NCBI GenBank assembly: GCA_016781105.1
Contig: JADDRA010000109.1
Coordinates: 1-55,575, forward strand
Direction: 5' to 3'
DNA length: 55,575 nucleotides
DNA from: Actinomycetota bacterium
GTDB taxonomy: Bacteria > Actinomycetota > Acidimicrobiia > Acidimicrobiales > CADCSY01
A program made the translations under genes and the position numbers. Positions 35,701 to 44,703 of the stretch are shown in pieces (the first letter of the stretch is position 1; every line of letters begins with the position of its first letter). Under the pieces are notes generated by a model. That model was not told the origin of the DNA. It saw only the letters and a list, made by a program, of their open reading frames with translations, and did no database searches.

Positions 35701-36792
35701 CTACGAAGGCAGCACCACGAGATCGTCGCGGTGAACCACCTCGTGGGGCAGCCCCTCGGCCAGCTCGGAGGTGCGCTTGCCGGCCATGGTGGCCAGCGCC
35801 GCCGAGCCCACCCGAACAAGGCCCTTGGCGAAGACCCGGCCGTCGGGCCCGGCCAGCTCCACCGCGTCGTCGGCGGCGAAGCTGCCCTGCACGTGGCGAA
35901 CCCCGGCAGGCAGCAGCGACACGTTGCGCTCCACCAACGCCCGGCGGGCACCGTCGTCGACCTGCACCGTCCCGGCTGATCCCACCGCGAAGGCGATCCA
36001 CAGCTTGCGGGCTCCGAGGCGCTTGGCCCGGGGGCGCACGACCGTGCCCACCCCGGGCACGCCGTCGACGGCATCGGCCAGCACCTCGCATCGCTCGGCG
36101 GCGGCGATGACCGTCCGCACGCCCGACCACGCCGCCATCTTGGCCGCGGCCAGCTTGGAGGCCATCCCTCCGCTGCCCACCACGCTGGACGACCCGCCCG
36201 CTACGGCCTCGAGCTCGGCGTCCACCTCCACGATCTCCTCGATGAGGCTGGCCCCGGCGTCGAGGCGGGGGTCGGCGGTGAGCAGCCCGGGCGTGTCGGT
36301 CAGCAGCACCAGGACGTCGGCCGCCACCAGGTGGGCGACCAGGGCGGCGATGCGATCGTTGTCGCCGAAGCGGATCTCGTCGTCGGCCACGGCGTCGTTC
36401 TCGTTGACCACAGGGACCACGCCGAGCTCGAGGAGGCGGACCAGCGTCCGCCGGGCGTGGAGGTACTGGTGGCGCACCATGAAGTCGAGGGGGGTGAGCA
36501 GCACCTGGCCCCCCACCAGGCCGTGGCGGGCGAGCACGTCGTCGTAGACCCGCATGAGCCGGCTCTGGCCCACGGCCGAGGCGGCCTGGAGCGTCACCAC
36601 GTCGGACCCGGGGGCGTGCAGCCCGAGCGCCGGCAGGCCGGCGGCGATGGCCCCGCTGGTGACCGTGACCACCCGGTCGCCCCGGCTGCGCAGCCCGGCC
36701 ACCTGGGCACAGAACCGGGCGATGGCGTCGGGGGCGACGCCGGCGGCCTCGGTGATCGACGACGACCCGATCTTGGCCACCACCGTCGCCAC
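35701..36792 (-). CDS. proB: glutamate 5-kinase with C-terminal PUA domain
   Basis: VVAKIGSSSIT, VTSGAIAAG, NENDAV motifs and a PUA-like C-terminus. Conserved obg-proB order. Confidence 0.9.
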   Translation of the reverse strand: MATVVAKIGSSSITEAAGVAPDAIARFCAQVAGLRSRGDRVVTVTSGAIAAGLPALGLHAPGSDVVTLQAASAVGQSRLMRVYDDVLARHGLVGGQVLLTPLDFMVRHQYLHARRTLVRLLELGVVPVVNENDAVADDEIRFGDNDRIAALVAHLVAADVLVLLTDTPGLLTADPRLDAGASLIEEIVEVDAELEAVAGGSSSVVGSGGMASKLAAAKMAAWSGVRTVIAAAERCEVLADAVDGVPGVGTVVRPRAKRLGARKLWIAFAVGSAGTVQVDDGARRALVERNVSLLPAGVRHVQGSFAADDAVELAGPDGRVFAKGLVRVGSAALATMAGKRTSELAEGLPHEVVHRDDLVVLPS

Positions 36793-36799
36793 CTCGCCG

Positions 36800-38035
36800 C
36801 TACTCCTCGTACTCGAAGGTCATGGCCCCGACGCGCACGGTGTCGCCCTCGCGGGCACCCGCCCGGGCCAGGGCCCGGTCGACGCCGAGGCGCCGGAGGC
36901 GACCGTGCACGTAGGCCAGGGCATCCCGGTTGGTGAGGTCGCTGACCGCTACCGCCCGCTCGGCCTGGCGGCCCACGACGACGAAGCCGTCGTCGCTGCG
37001 CTCCACCCGGAACCCCTCGGCGACAGGCCGGTGGACCACGAACGCCTCCGGTTCGGGTTCGGCCGCCCGCACGGAGGCCACCATCTCGGCCATGCGACCC
37101 ACCACCTCCGCCACACCCTCACCGGTGACGGCCGAGAGGCGGGGGCCGGACCAGGCGGCACGCGCCTCGGGGTCGGCCACATCGGCCTTGGAGCCCACCA
37201 CCAGGCGGGGCCGAGCCAGCAGGTCGGGCCGGTAGCGGCCCAGCTCGGCGAGCAGGATCTCCTCCTGGCGGCCGGGAGCGACGCCGTCGACCGAGGCCAG
37301 GTCGACCAGCACGACCAGGGCCCGGGCCCGCTCGACGTGGCGGAGGAAGCGGTGGCCGAGGCCCCTGCCCTCGCTCGCCCCCTCGATGAGCCCGGGGATG
37401 TCGGCCACCACCAGCTCGACATCGCCCCTGCGCACGACCCCGAGGTTCGGTTCGAGCGTGGTGAAGGGATAGGCGGCGATCTTGGGCCTGGCCGCCGAGA
37501 TCACCGAGATGAGCGTGCTCTTGCCCGCGTTGGGCAAGCCGACGAGGGCCACGTCGGCCAAGAGCTTGAGCTCCATGCGCAGCCACCGCTCCTCGCCCAC
37601 CTCACCCTGCTCGGCGAAGCTGGGCGCCCGGCGGCGCTGGGACCGGAACGAGGCGTTGCCCCGGCCGCCCCGGCCGCCGGCGGCGGCCAGCCAGCGCTCA
37701 CCCTGGCCCACCAAGTCGGCCAGTACCGAGCCCTGCCGGTCGCGCACCACGGTGCCCTCGGGCACGGCCACTACCAGGTCGGCCCCGCTACGGCCGTGCG
37801 CCCGCTTCGAGCTGCCGTGGGTGCCGTCCGGCGCCCGGCGGTGGGGATGGTCACGGAAGCCCAGGAGCGAGGCCACGTTGCGGTCGGCCACCAGCCAGAC
37901 GTCGCCGCCGTCTCCGCCGTCGCCGCCGTCGGGCCCGCCCTTGGCCACGTGAGCCTCCCGCCGGAACGAGACCGCACCGGCGCCCCCGTCACCCCCCTTG
38001 ACGTGCAGCCCGCTCTCGTCGACGAAGCCCGACAC
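36800..38035 (-). CDS. obg: GTPase Obg/CgtA
   Basis: Glycine-rich Obg fold (GGDGGAGAVSFRRE...GGPDGGDGGDGGDV) and G motifs (GLPNAGKST, DIPGLIEGA, SKAD). Confidence 0.95.
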   Translation of the reverse strand: MSGFVDESGLHVKGGDGGAGAVSFRREAHVAKGGPDGGDGGDGGDVWLVADRNVASLLGFRDHPHRRAPDGTHGSSKRAHGRSGADLVVAVPEGTVVRDRQGSVLADLVGQGERWLAAAGGRGGRGNASFRSQRRRAPSFAEQGEVGEERWLRMELKLLADVALVGLPNAGKSTLISVISAARPKIAAYPFTTLEPNLGVVRRGDVELVVADIPGLIEGASEGRGLGHRFLRHVERARALVVLVDLASVDGVAPGRQEEILLAELGRYRPDLLARPRLVVGSKADVADPEARAAWSGPRLSAVTGEGVAEVVGRMAEMVASVRAAEPEPEAFVVHRPVAEGFRVERSDDGFVVVGRQAERAVAVSDLTNRDALAYVHGRLRRLGVDRALARAGAREGDTVRVGAMTFEYEE

Positions 38036-38151
38036 CCGGCGAGGATACGCCGCGAGGACAGGGGGGTCGCCGGCCGACCTCGCCGGTCCGACCTCACCGG
38101 CCGACCCTGCCGGTCCTCCTCGCTGTCCCTGGCCGTCGGTACTCTCGGCCG

Positions 38152-39237
38152 GTGGCCCCCAGCACCTCTCCGCTCCGGATCAACGCCCCCGCGGTGGCCC
38201 ATCGGGCGATGGTGGTGGGTCCGGCCCCGACTCGCCTGGTGGCCAGGGGGGCCCGGGAGGAGGCCGAGGACCTGGCCCTGGCCGCCGGGGCCACCCGAGC
38301 CGAGGGCGGGGGGCGGAGGCGTCGCCCCGAGCCGCCCGACCCCTACCGCACCTGCTTCGAGCGCGACCTCGACCGCATCCACCACAGCCGCCCGTTCCGG
38401 CGCCTGGCCGGCAAGTGCCAGGTCTTCATCGCCCCCGACGACGACCATCTGCGCACCCGCCTCACCCACGCCATCGAGGTGGCCCAGGTGGCCACGTCGA
38501 TCGCCCGGGGGGCGGGCCTCAACGCCACCCTGGCCGCGGCCGCGGCCACGGCCCACGACTGCGGGCACGGTCCGGCCGGCCACGCCAGCGAGGAGGCCCT
38601 CTCACCCTTCGTGCCCGGCGGCTACCACCACGCCGTCTACGGGGCCGACGTCGTGCTGGCGCCCCTCAACCTGTGCGCGGAGACCCTCGACGCCGTGCGC
38701 AACCACTCCTGGAACCGGCCGGCCCCGTCGACCCCCGAGGGCGAGGTCGTGGCCTGGGCCGACCGGATCGCCTACGTGTGCCACGACTTCGAGGACGCCG
38801 TCGACGCCGGCGTGGTGGAGCCCGGGGAGCTGCCCGCCGAGGTCGCCGAGGTGGTGGGAACGAACCGGTCCCGCCAGCTCGGGGCCTTCATCGGGGCCAT
38901 GCTCGACACCATCGCCGAGACCGGCACCGTGGCCCTGCGCCAGCCCGAGGCCGGCGCCCTGGCCGCCCTCCGGGCCTTCAACTACGAGCGGATCTACCTG
39001 CGTCCCGAGGCGACCGAGCAGGCTGCCCGGGTCATCCGCCTCCTCCGCTCGCTCACCGAGTGGTTCGTGGCCAACCCTCGGGGCCTCGGCGAGCACGCAA
39101 CTCCGCTGCGACCCGGGACCGCCGAGGCGTTGACCTTGGCGGTGCGCTACGTGAGCGGGATGACCGACCGCTTCGCCCTGGCCCTGGCCGTCGAGCACCT
39201 CGGCTGGTCGCCGTCGAGCCTGCCCCGAGGCGTGTGA
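38152..39237 (+). CDS. dgt: dGTPase-family HD-domain triphosphohydrolase-like protein
   Basis: FERDLDRIHHSRPFRRLAGKCQVF...RLTHAIEVAQV...HDCGHGPAGHASE. An alternative start is ATG 38209. Confidence 0.8.
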   Translation: MAPSTSPLRINAPAVAHRAMVVGPAPTRLVARGAREEAEDLALAAGATRAEGGGRRRRPEPPDPYRTCFERDLDRIHHSRPFRRLAGKCQVFIAPDDDHLRTRLTHAIEVAQVATSIARGAGLNATLAAAAATAHDCGHGPAGHASEEALSPFVPGGYHHAVYGADVVLAPLNLCAETLDAVRNHSWNRPAPSTPEGEVVAWADRIAYVCHDFEDAVDAGVVEPGELPAEVAEVVGTNRSRQLGAFIGAMLDTIAETGTVALRQPEAGALAALRAFNYERIYLRPEATEQAARVIRLLRSLTEWFVANPRGLGEHATPLRPGTAEALTLAVRYVSGMTDRFALALAVEHLGWSPSSLPRGV

Positions 39238-39287
39238 GCCGACTCCGCCAGCAGCCTTAGCGGGCAGGCCGGAGTGGGCAGGCCGGG

Positions 39288-39557
39288 TCAGCTGGAGGGT
39301 GCGCCGGTCGACGGCAGCACGTCGACCAGCTTGCGGCCCTTGCGGGAGGCGAACTTGACCCGGCCCGGGGCGGTGGCGAAGAGCGTGTCGTCGTTGCCCC
39401 GGCCGACGTTGTCGCCGGGGTGGAACCGGGTGCCCCGCTGGCGCACGATGATGGCCCCGGCCTGCACGTCGTGGCCGTCGAACACCTTCACCCCGAGGCG
39501 CTGCCCGCGGGAGTCCCGCCCGTTGCGGGTGGAACCGCCACCCTTGGTCTTCGACAT
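39288..39557 (-). CDS. rpmA: 50S ribosomal protein L27
   Basis: [28 protein letters not shown]...[13 protein letters not shown]. Confidence 0.95.
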   Translation of the reverse strand: MSKTKGGGSTRNGRDSRGQRLGVKVFDGHDVQAGAIIVRQRGTRFHPGDNVGRGNDDTLFATAPGRVKFASRKGRKLVDVLPSTGAPSS

Positions 39558-39560
39558 TGG

Positions 39561-39875
39561 TCAGCTCCCCCTGGAGATCCCGGTGATCTCGATGGTCGAG
39601 TAGTGCTGGCGATGGCCCCAGCGCCGGCGCTGGTTGCTCTTGTTCTTGTAGGTGAAGCCCCGGATCTTGGGCCCCTTGGCCTCGCCCAGCACCCGGGCCG
39701 TCACGGACGCGCCGGCCAGCTCGCCCGGTGCGGCGACCACGGTCTCGCCGTCGACCAGCAACAGCGGGGTGAAGCGCACCTCGTCGCCCACACCCCCGGG
39801 CAGCGACTCGACGTCGAGCTGCTCACCCTCGGCCACGCGCGACTGCTTGCCCCCGGTGCGGATCACGGCGTACAC
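39561..39875 (-). CDS. rplU: 50S ribosomal protein L21
   Basis: MYAVIRTGGKQSRV...KIRGFTYKNKSNQRRRWGHRQHYT-like end. Confidence 0.95.
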   Translation of the reverse strand: MYAVIRTGGKQSRVAEGEQLDVESLPGGVGDEVRFTPLLLVDGETVVAAPGELAGASVTARVLGEAKGPKIRGFTYKNKSNQRRRWGHRQHYSTIEITGISRGS

Positions 39876-39924
39876 GATCGTCCAGCCTAGCGGTCGGTCG
39901 ACCTCCCTTCCGTCCCTGTCGTGC

Positions 39925-40680
39925 TCAGGCGTCGGCCAGGGCGGCCAGGCAGGTCCCGGCCAGCTCGGTCCGGCACACCAGCAGGTCGGGGAGGTAGGCC
40001 TCGGGCTGGTTGTAGACCAGCGGCGAGCCGTCGATGCGCGACACGTGCAGGCCGGCGGCGGCGGCCACCGCCACGGGAGCAGCAGAGTCCCACTGGTACA
40101 TGCCCCCGGCGTGGACGTAGGCGTCGACCTGGCCCCGGACCACGGCCATGGCCTTGGCCCCGGCCGAGCCCAGGGCGACCACCTCGGCGCCCAGCGCCTC
40201 GGCCACGGCCACGCTCTCGGACGGGTGGCGGGTGCGGCTGGTGACCACCCGGAGGGGTCCGGCCCGGGTCGGCGGCGCCGGTGGCGCGGGCCGGGTGGCC
40301 AGCACCACCCCTTCGGCGGGGAGGGCTACGGCCCCGATGGCGGCGACGCCATCGACGACCAGGGCAACGTGCACGGCCCAGTCGGTCCGTCCCGCCTCGG
40401 CGTACTCCCGGGTGCCGTCGAGGGGGTCGACCACCCAGACCCGCTCGGCCCCGAGGCGCCGGTCGTCGTCGAGCCCCTCCTCGGACAGCACCGGGTCGTA
40501 CGGACGGGCGACGGCCAGCAGCTCGAGGATGCGCTCGTGGGCCCGGTGATCACCCTCGTCCCGCAGGCGCTTGGGATCCCGGCCGTCGTGGGCGGCCCGG
40601 ATGGCCACCAACAGGCGCCCGGCGTCGGCCGCCACCTCGGCCGCCAGCGCGTGGTCGTCGGAGGACGTAGTGCCGGTCAC
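39925..40680 (-). CDS. cysQ: 3'(2'),5'-bisphosphate nucleotidase (inositol monophosphatase family)
   Basis: LSEEG, WVVDPLDGTREY and WDSAAP motifs. 251 aa from GTG 40680. Divergent from cysDNC. Confidence 0.8.
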   Translation of the reverse strand: MTGTTSSDDHALAAEVAADAGRLLVAIRAAHDGRDPKRLRDEGDHRAHERILELLAVARPYDPVLSEEGLDDDRRLGAERVWVVDPLDGTREYAEAGRTDWAVHVALVVDGVAAIGAVALPAEGVVLATRPAPPAPPTRAGPLRVVTSRTRHPSESVAVAEALGAEVVALGSAGAKAMAVVRGQVDAYVHAGGMYQWDSAAPVAVAAAAGLHVSRIDGSPLVYNQPEAYLPDLLVCRTELAGTCLAALADA

Positions 40681-40782
40681 TCGGGCGACCGTAGCCGTAC
40701 CAGCCACAGCCGCCGTCGCCACGAGCCTGACCGACCAAGAGCGCTCCGGTAGCCTAGCTCGGATGTCCTGCCCCAGGCCGGT

Positions 40783-41721
40783 GTGCCGATGACCGACACC
40801 ACCACCAGGCCCCCCCTTCCCGGGGCCTACCAGCTCTCCCAGCTCCGGGCCCTCGAGTCCGAGTCGGTCCACATCTTCCGGGAGGTGGCGGCCACGTTCG
40901 AGCGACCGGTGCTGCTGTTCTCGGGGGGCAAGGACTCGGTGGTCATGCTGCACGTCGCCCGCAAGGCCTTCTGGCCGGCCCCCCTGCCCTTCGCCGTCAT
41001 GCACGTCGACACCGGGCACAACTTCCCCGAGGTGATCGAGTTCCGCGACCGCACGGTCGAGGAGCTGGGCGTGCGCCTGGTGGTGGCGTCGGTGCAGGCC
41101 TCCATCGACGCCGGGCGGGTCAGCGAGCGGCCGGGCACCTCCCGTAACCGGCTGCAGACCACGACCCTGCTCGACGCCATCGCCGAGCACCGCTTCGACG
41201 CCGTCTTCGGGGGCGCCCGGCGCGACGAGGAGAAGGCCCGGGCCAAGGAGCGGGTGTTCAGCTTCCGTGACGAGTTCGGCCAGTGGGACCCGAAGAACCA
41301 GCGCCCCGAGCTGTGGAGCCTCTACAACGGACGGCACCAGCCCGGGGAGCACATCCGGGTCTTCCCCCTGTCGAACTGGACCGAGCTCGACATCTGGCGC
41401 TACATCGCCGAGGAGGACATCGCCCTGCCCCCGCTGTACTACGCCCACCGCCGCCAGGTGGTGCGGCGCGACAACATGTTGATGGCGCTGTGCGAGTGGG
41501 TGCAGCCCAACGAGGGCGAGGAGGTGCTGGAAGCGCTGGTCCGTTACCGCACCGTGGGCGACGCCACCTGCACCGCGGCGGTGGAGTCGGCCGCGGCCAC
41601 CCCCGAGGCGGTCATCGTCGAGGTGGCGGCCACCCGCATCACCGAGCGAGGCGCCACCCGGGCCGACGACCGGTTCTCCGAGGCGGCCATGGAGGACCGC
41701 AAGAAAGAGGGCTACTTCTGA
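40783..41721 (+). CDS. cysD: sulfate adenylyltransferase subunit 2
   Basis: PP-loop FSGGKDSVV, and a C-terminus ending KKEGYF as in CysD. Confidence 0.9.
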   Translation: MPMTDTTTRPPLPGAYQLSQLRALESESVHIFREVAATFERPVLLFSGGKDSVVMLHVARKAFWPAPLPFAVMHVDTGHNFPEVIEFRDRTVEELGVRLVVASVQASIDAGRVSERPGTSRNRLQTTTLLDAIAEHRFDAVFGGARRDEEKARAKERVFSFRDEFGQWDPKNQRPELWSLYNGRHQPGEHIRVFPLSNWTELDIWRYIAEEDIALPPLYYAHRRQVVRRDNMLMALCEWVQPNEGEEVLEALVRYRTVGDATCTAAVESAAATPEAVIVEVAATRITERGATRADDRFSEAAMEDRKKEGYF

Positions 41722-42977
41722 TGGAGCTGCTGCGCTTCGCCACCGCCGGCTCGGTCGACGACGGCAAGTCCACGCTCATCGGCCGGTTGTTGTTCGACTC
41801 CAAGGCCATCTTCGAGGACCAGCTGGAGGCGGTGGAGCAGGCCTCGCTGCGCCGGGGCGAGGCGACCAACCTGGCCCTGCTGGTCGACGGCCTGCGGGCC
41901 GAGCGGGAGCAAGGCATTACCATCGACGTGGCCTACCGCTACTTCGCCAGCCCGGCTCGCAGCTTCGTCATCGCCGACACCCCGGGACACGTCCAGTACA
42001 CCCGCAACATGGTCACCGGTGCCTCCACCGCCGACGTGGCCCTGATCCTCATCGACGCCCGTAACGGCATCGTCGAGCAGAGCCGGCGCCACGCCTTCCT
42101 CGCCTCGCTGCTGCGGGTGCCCCACCTGGTGGTGTGCGTCAACAAGATGGACCTGGTCGGCTACGACCAGGACGTCTTCGACGCCATCGTGGCCGAGTTC
42201 CGGGCCTTCGCCATGCGCCTGGAGATCACCGACCTGAGCTTCGTCCCCGTCTCCGCCCTGGTGGGCGACAACGTGGTCCACCGCTCGGCGTCCATGCCCT
42301 GGTACGAGGGCTCGTCCCTGCTGCACCACCTCGAGACCGTCCACATCGCCTCGGACCGCAACCTCATCGACGTGCGCTTCCCGGTCCAGTACGTCATCCG
42401 GCCCCGGGACGACTCGGTGCACGACTACCGGGGCTACGCCGGGCAGATGGCGGGTGGGGTGCTCAAGCCCGGTGACGAGGTGGTCGTGCTGCCCTCGGGC
42501 TGGCCTTCCACCGTCGCCGCCATCGAGACCTACGACGGGCCCGTGGCCGAGGCCTTCGCCCCCATGTCGGTCACCGTGCGCCTGGCCGACGACGTCGACG
42601 TCAGCCGGGGCGACCTCATCTGCCGGCGCCACAACCAGCCCCACGTGGGCCAGGACGTCGAGGCGATGGTGTGCTGGATGGCCGAGGGGAGCCTGCGGGC
42701 GGGAGCGCGCTACGCCATCCACCACACCACCCGGGCCGCCCGGGCCGTGGTCAAGGACCTCGCCTACCGCCTCGACGTGAACACCCTGCACCGTGACGAG
42801 TCAGCCAGCGACCTCGGCCTCAACGAGATCGGGCGTATCAGCCTGCGCACCACCGCACCGTTGTTCTACGACGAGTACCGCCGCAACCGGGCCACGGGCA
42901 GCTTCATCCTGATCGACGAGGCCACCCACGCCACGGTGGCCGCCGGGATGATGCTCGACCCCTCCCACGGTGGCTGA
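41721..42977 (+). CDS. cysN: sulfate adenylyltransferase subunit 1 (GTPase)
   Basis: G1 GSVDDGKSTLIGRLL, G3 DTPGH, NKMD. The ATG overlaps the cysD TGA (TGATG). Confidence 0.9.
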   Translation: MELLRFATAGSVDDGKSTLIGRLLFDSKAIFEDQLEAVEQASLRRGEATNLALLVDGLRAEREQGITIDVAYRYFASPARSFVIADTPGHVQYTRNMVTGASTADVALILIDARNGIVEQSRRHAFLASLLRVPHLVVCVNKMDLVGYDQDVFDAIVAEFRAFAMRLEITDLSFVPVSALVGDNVVHRSASMPWYEGSSLLHHLETVHIASDRNLIDVRFPVQYVIRPRDDSVHDYRGYAGQMAGGVLKPGDEVVVLPSGWPSTVAAIETYDGPVAEAFAPMSVTVRLADDVDVSRGDLICRRHNQPHVGQDVEAMVCWMAEGSLRAGARYAIHHTTRAARAVVKDLAYRLDVNTLHRDESASDLGLNEIGRISLRTTAPLFYDEYRRNRATGSFILIDEATHATVAAGMMLDPSHGG

Positions 42978-43587
42978 CCCAGCCAAGCTCGTCGTCACCG
43001 ACCTGACCTGGCACCACGGCGAGGTCGACCGGGCCCAGCGCTGGGCCGCCCTCGGCGGTGCCGGAGCCACGGTCTGGTTCACGGGGCTGTCGGGCTCGGG
43101 CAAGTCCACTGTCGCCGCCCTCGTCGAGCGCCTGCTGATCCAGTCGGGGCGGCCCGCCTACGTGCTCGACGGCGACAACCTGCGCCACGGCCTCAACGCC
43201 GACCTCGGCTTCGCCGACCACGACCGGGCCGAGAACGTCCGGCGGCTGGGGGAGGTGGCGGGCCTGCTGGCCGATGCCGGGCTCGTCGCCCTCGTCCCCG
43301 CCATCAGCCCGTTCCGGGCCGGGCGGGCGACCGCCCGGGCCGCCCACGAACAGGCCGGACTGCGCTTCCTCGAGGTCCACATGGCCACCAGCATCGACGA
43401 GTGCGAGCGGCGCGACCCCAAGGGCCTCTACGCCCGCTCCCGGGCCGGCCTCCTGGCCGGCCTCACCGGCATCGACAGCCCCTACGAGGCCCCCGAGGCG
43501 CCCGAGCTGGTGCTCACCCCCGCCGATGGCGACCCCGCCGCCCAGGCCGCCCTGGTCCTCGCCCTGCTCGAGGAGCACCCCGGCTAG
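42970..43587 (+). CDS. cysC: adenylylsulfate (APS) kinase
   Basis: P-loop FTGLSGSGKST, LDGDNLRHGLN, SPF motif. The GTG start overlaps the cysN end by 8 nt. Confidence 0.9.
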   Translation: MADPAKLVVTDLTWHHGEVDRAQRWAALGGAGATVWFTGLSGSGKSTVAALVERLLIQSGRPAYVLDGDNLRHGLNADLGFADHDRAENVRRLGEVAGLLADAGLVALVPAISPFRAGRATARAAHEQAGLRFLEVHMATSIDECERRDPKGLYARSRAGLLAGLTGIDSPYEAPEAPELVLTPADGDPAAQAALVLALLEEHPG

Positions 43588-44057
43588 GACGCCGCTCGGC
43601 GTGGAGTCGCCCGCCCACCTACCCACGGGGCCTGAGCCGAGGAGGCCAGCGGCAGCCTGGTGCTACCACCGGCCTCTTGGATCCGCTTGTCTTGCTGATG
43701 GCGGCGTGACCCGCCGTCGTTCGGAGGAGAGGGATCAGCCACCCTTGCCCTCCGGGTGACCTGCCCCGGGTGTGCTGTCCTTGGGCCTCGTCGCCGATCC
43801 CCTCGTCGCCTTGCGAGCCTTTCGGGCCCTGACCGCCGCCGTCGAGCGACAGGGGTGCCGACAGCGCCGAACGCCACGACATCCAGTTGGCGGTGAGCTC
43901 CACGATCGAACGATGAGCTTGACCCGCTGTGGCGGATCTTGCCCGGCGCCGGTGGCGCCGCGTTGTGGCCAGCGTCTAGCGCCCCCGAACCGTGGCCAGG
44001 CACGGTAGACGCAGAGCCCGTGTGTCGGCGGGACCCATCGCAGGCCCAGTGGCACCG

Positions 44058-44078
44058 GTTGCTACCACTGGTGGCAAC
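44058..44078. promoter_or_regulatory. imperfect 21-bp palindrome, candidate antitoxin operator
   Basis: GTTGCTACCA-C-TGGTGGCAAC has 9 of 10 arm positions complementary and ends 8 nt before the antitoxin ATG. Confidence 0.4.
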
Positions 44079-44086
44079 TGCCCTCC

Positions 44087-44302
44087 ATGAGCACCAGGGT
44101 CGAGAAGAAGTCCGTGGCCATTCCCCCCTCGCTCGTGTCGGCCGCCGAGGAGGCGGCCCGGCGAGCCAACGTCTCCTTCTCGGCGTGGGTCAGCACTGCC
44201 GTCGCCCAACGCCTCAAGCTCGAGGCCATGAGCGAGGCGATCACCGCCTACGAGGCGCAACACGGTGAGATCACCAGTGAGGACATGAGGGCGTTCGGGT
44301 GA
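44087..44302 (+). CDS. vapB: type II antitoxin, ribbon-helix-helix (CopG/VapB-like)
   Basis: 71 aa. KKSVAIPPSLVSAAEEAARRANVSFSAWVSTAVAQRL fits a beta-strand plus two helices (RHH). Lies directly upstream of a PIN gene. Confidence 0.75.
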   Translation: MSTRVEKKSVAIPPSLVSAAEEAARRANVSFSAWVSTAVAQRLKLEAMSEAITAYEAQHGEITSEDMRAFG

Positions 44303-44318
44303 ACTTCGGCCCGATCCG

Positions 44319-44699
44319 TTGATCTTCGACACCGGGACACTCGTCGCCGCCGAACGGGGCGATCGCCGGTTCTGGGTCCTCTACAAGATCGCTCGAGACC
44401 GAGCGATCCTCCCATCGGTTCCCACCCCCGTCCTCGCCGAGGTGTGGCGGGGCGGTGGCCCTCGTCAAGGGATCTTGGCCAGGGTCCTGCGAGGGTGTGA
44501 CACCGTGCCTCCTGCAGAGGAGGTGGCCAGACGGGCCGGATCGCTGCTGGCGGCAACGGGCGGCGACAACGCCGTTGATGCCCTCGTCGTCGCCGAAGCG
44601 CAGCGGGTCCACGACGAAGTCATCACCGGAGACGTCGGCGACCTGGTCGAGCTCGCCGCCCACGCCGAGACAGTCACGATCCGTCCCCTCGGCATCTGA
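44319..44699 (+). CDS. vapC: PIN-domain toxin (VapC-like ribonuclease)
   Basis: LIFDTGTLVAAERGD (first acidic residue), DALVVAEA and ITGDVGDL are PIN acidic signature positions. TTG start at 44319. Confidence 0.75.
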   Translation: MIFDTGTLVAAERGDRRFWVLYKIARDRAILPSVPTPVLAEVWRGGGPRQGILARVLRGCDTVPPAEEVARRAGSLLAATGGDNAVDALVVAEAQRVHDEVITGDVGDLVELAAHAETVTIRPLGI

Positions 44700-44703
44700 A
44701 GCG

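Noticed and set aside
38152-39237. The dGTPase-family gene as an anti-phage dNTP-depletion defence gene.
   Set aside because: Nothing here distinguishes it from the housekeeping dGTPase-like protein common in Actinomycetota. It has no neighbouring defence or mobility genes and normal composition. Only its orientation within the rpmA-obg interval is notable.
39262-39287. The direct repeat GGGCAGGCCGG x2 between the dGTPase-family gene and rpmA, considered as a terminator.
   Set aside because: It is a direct repeat, not an inverted one, so no stable hairpin can be drawn.
43588-44086. ORFs 43584..44003(-), 43619..43903(-), 43735..44055(-) and 43772..44008(+) in the spacer upstream of vapB.
   Set aside because: They show no codon periodicity, have Arg/Gly/Pro-rich or cysteine-scattered translations, and overlap one another. 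The region is treated as non-coding (see finding).
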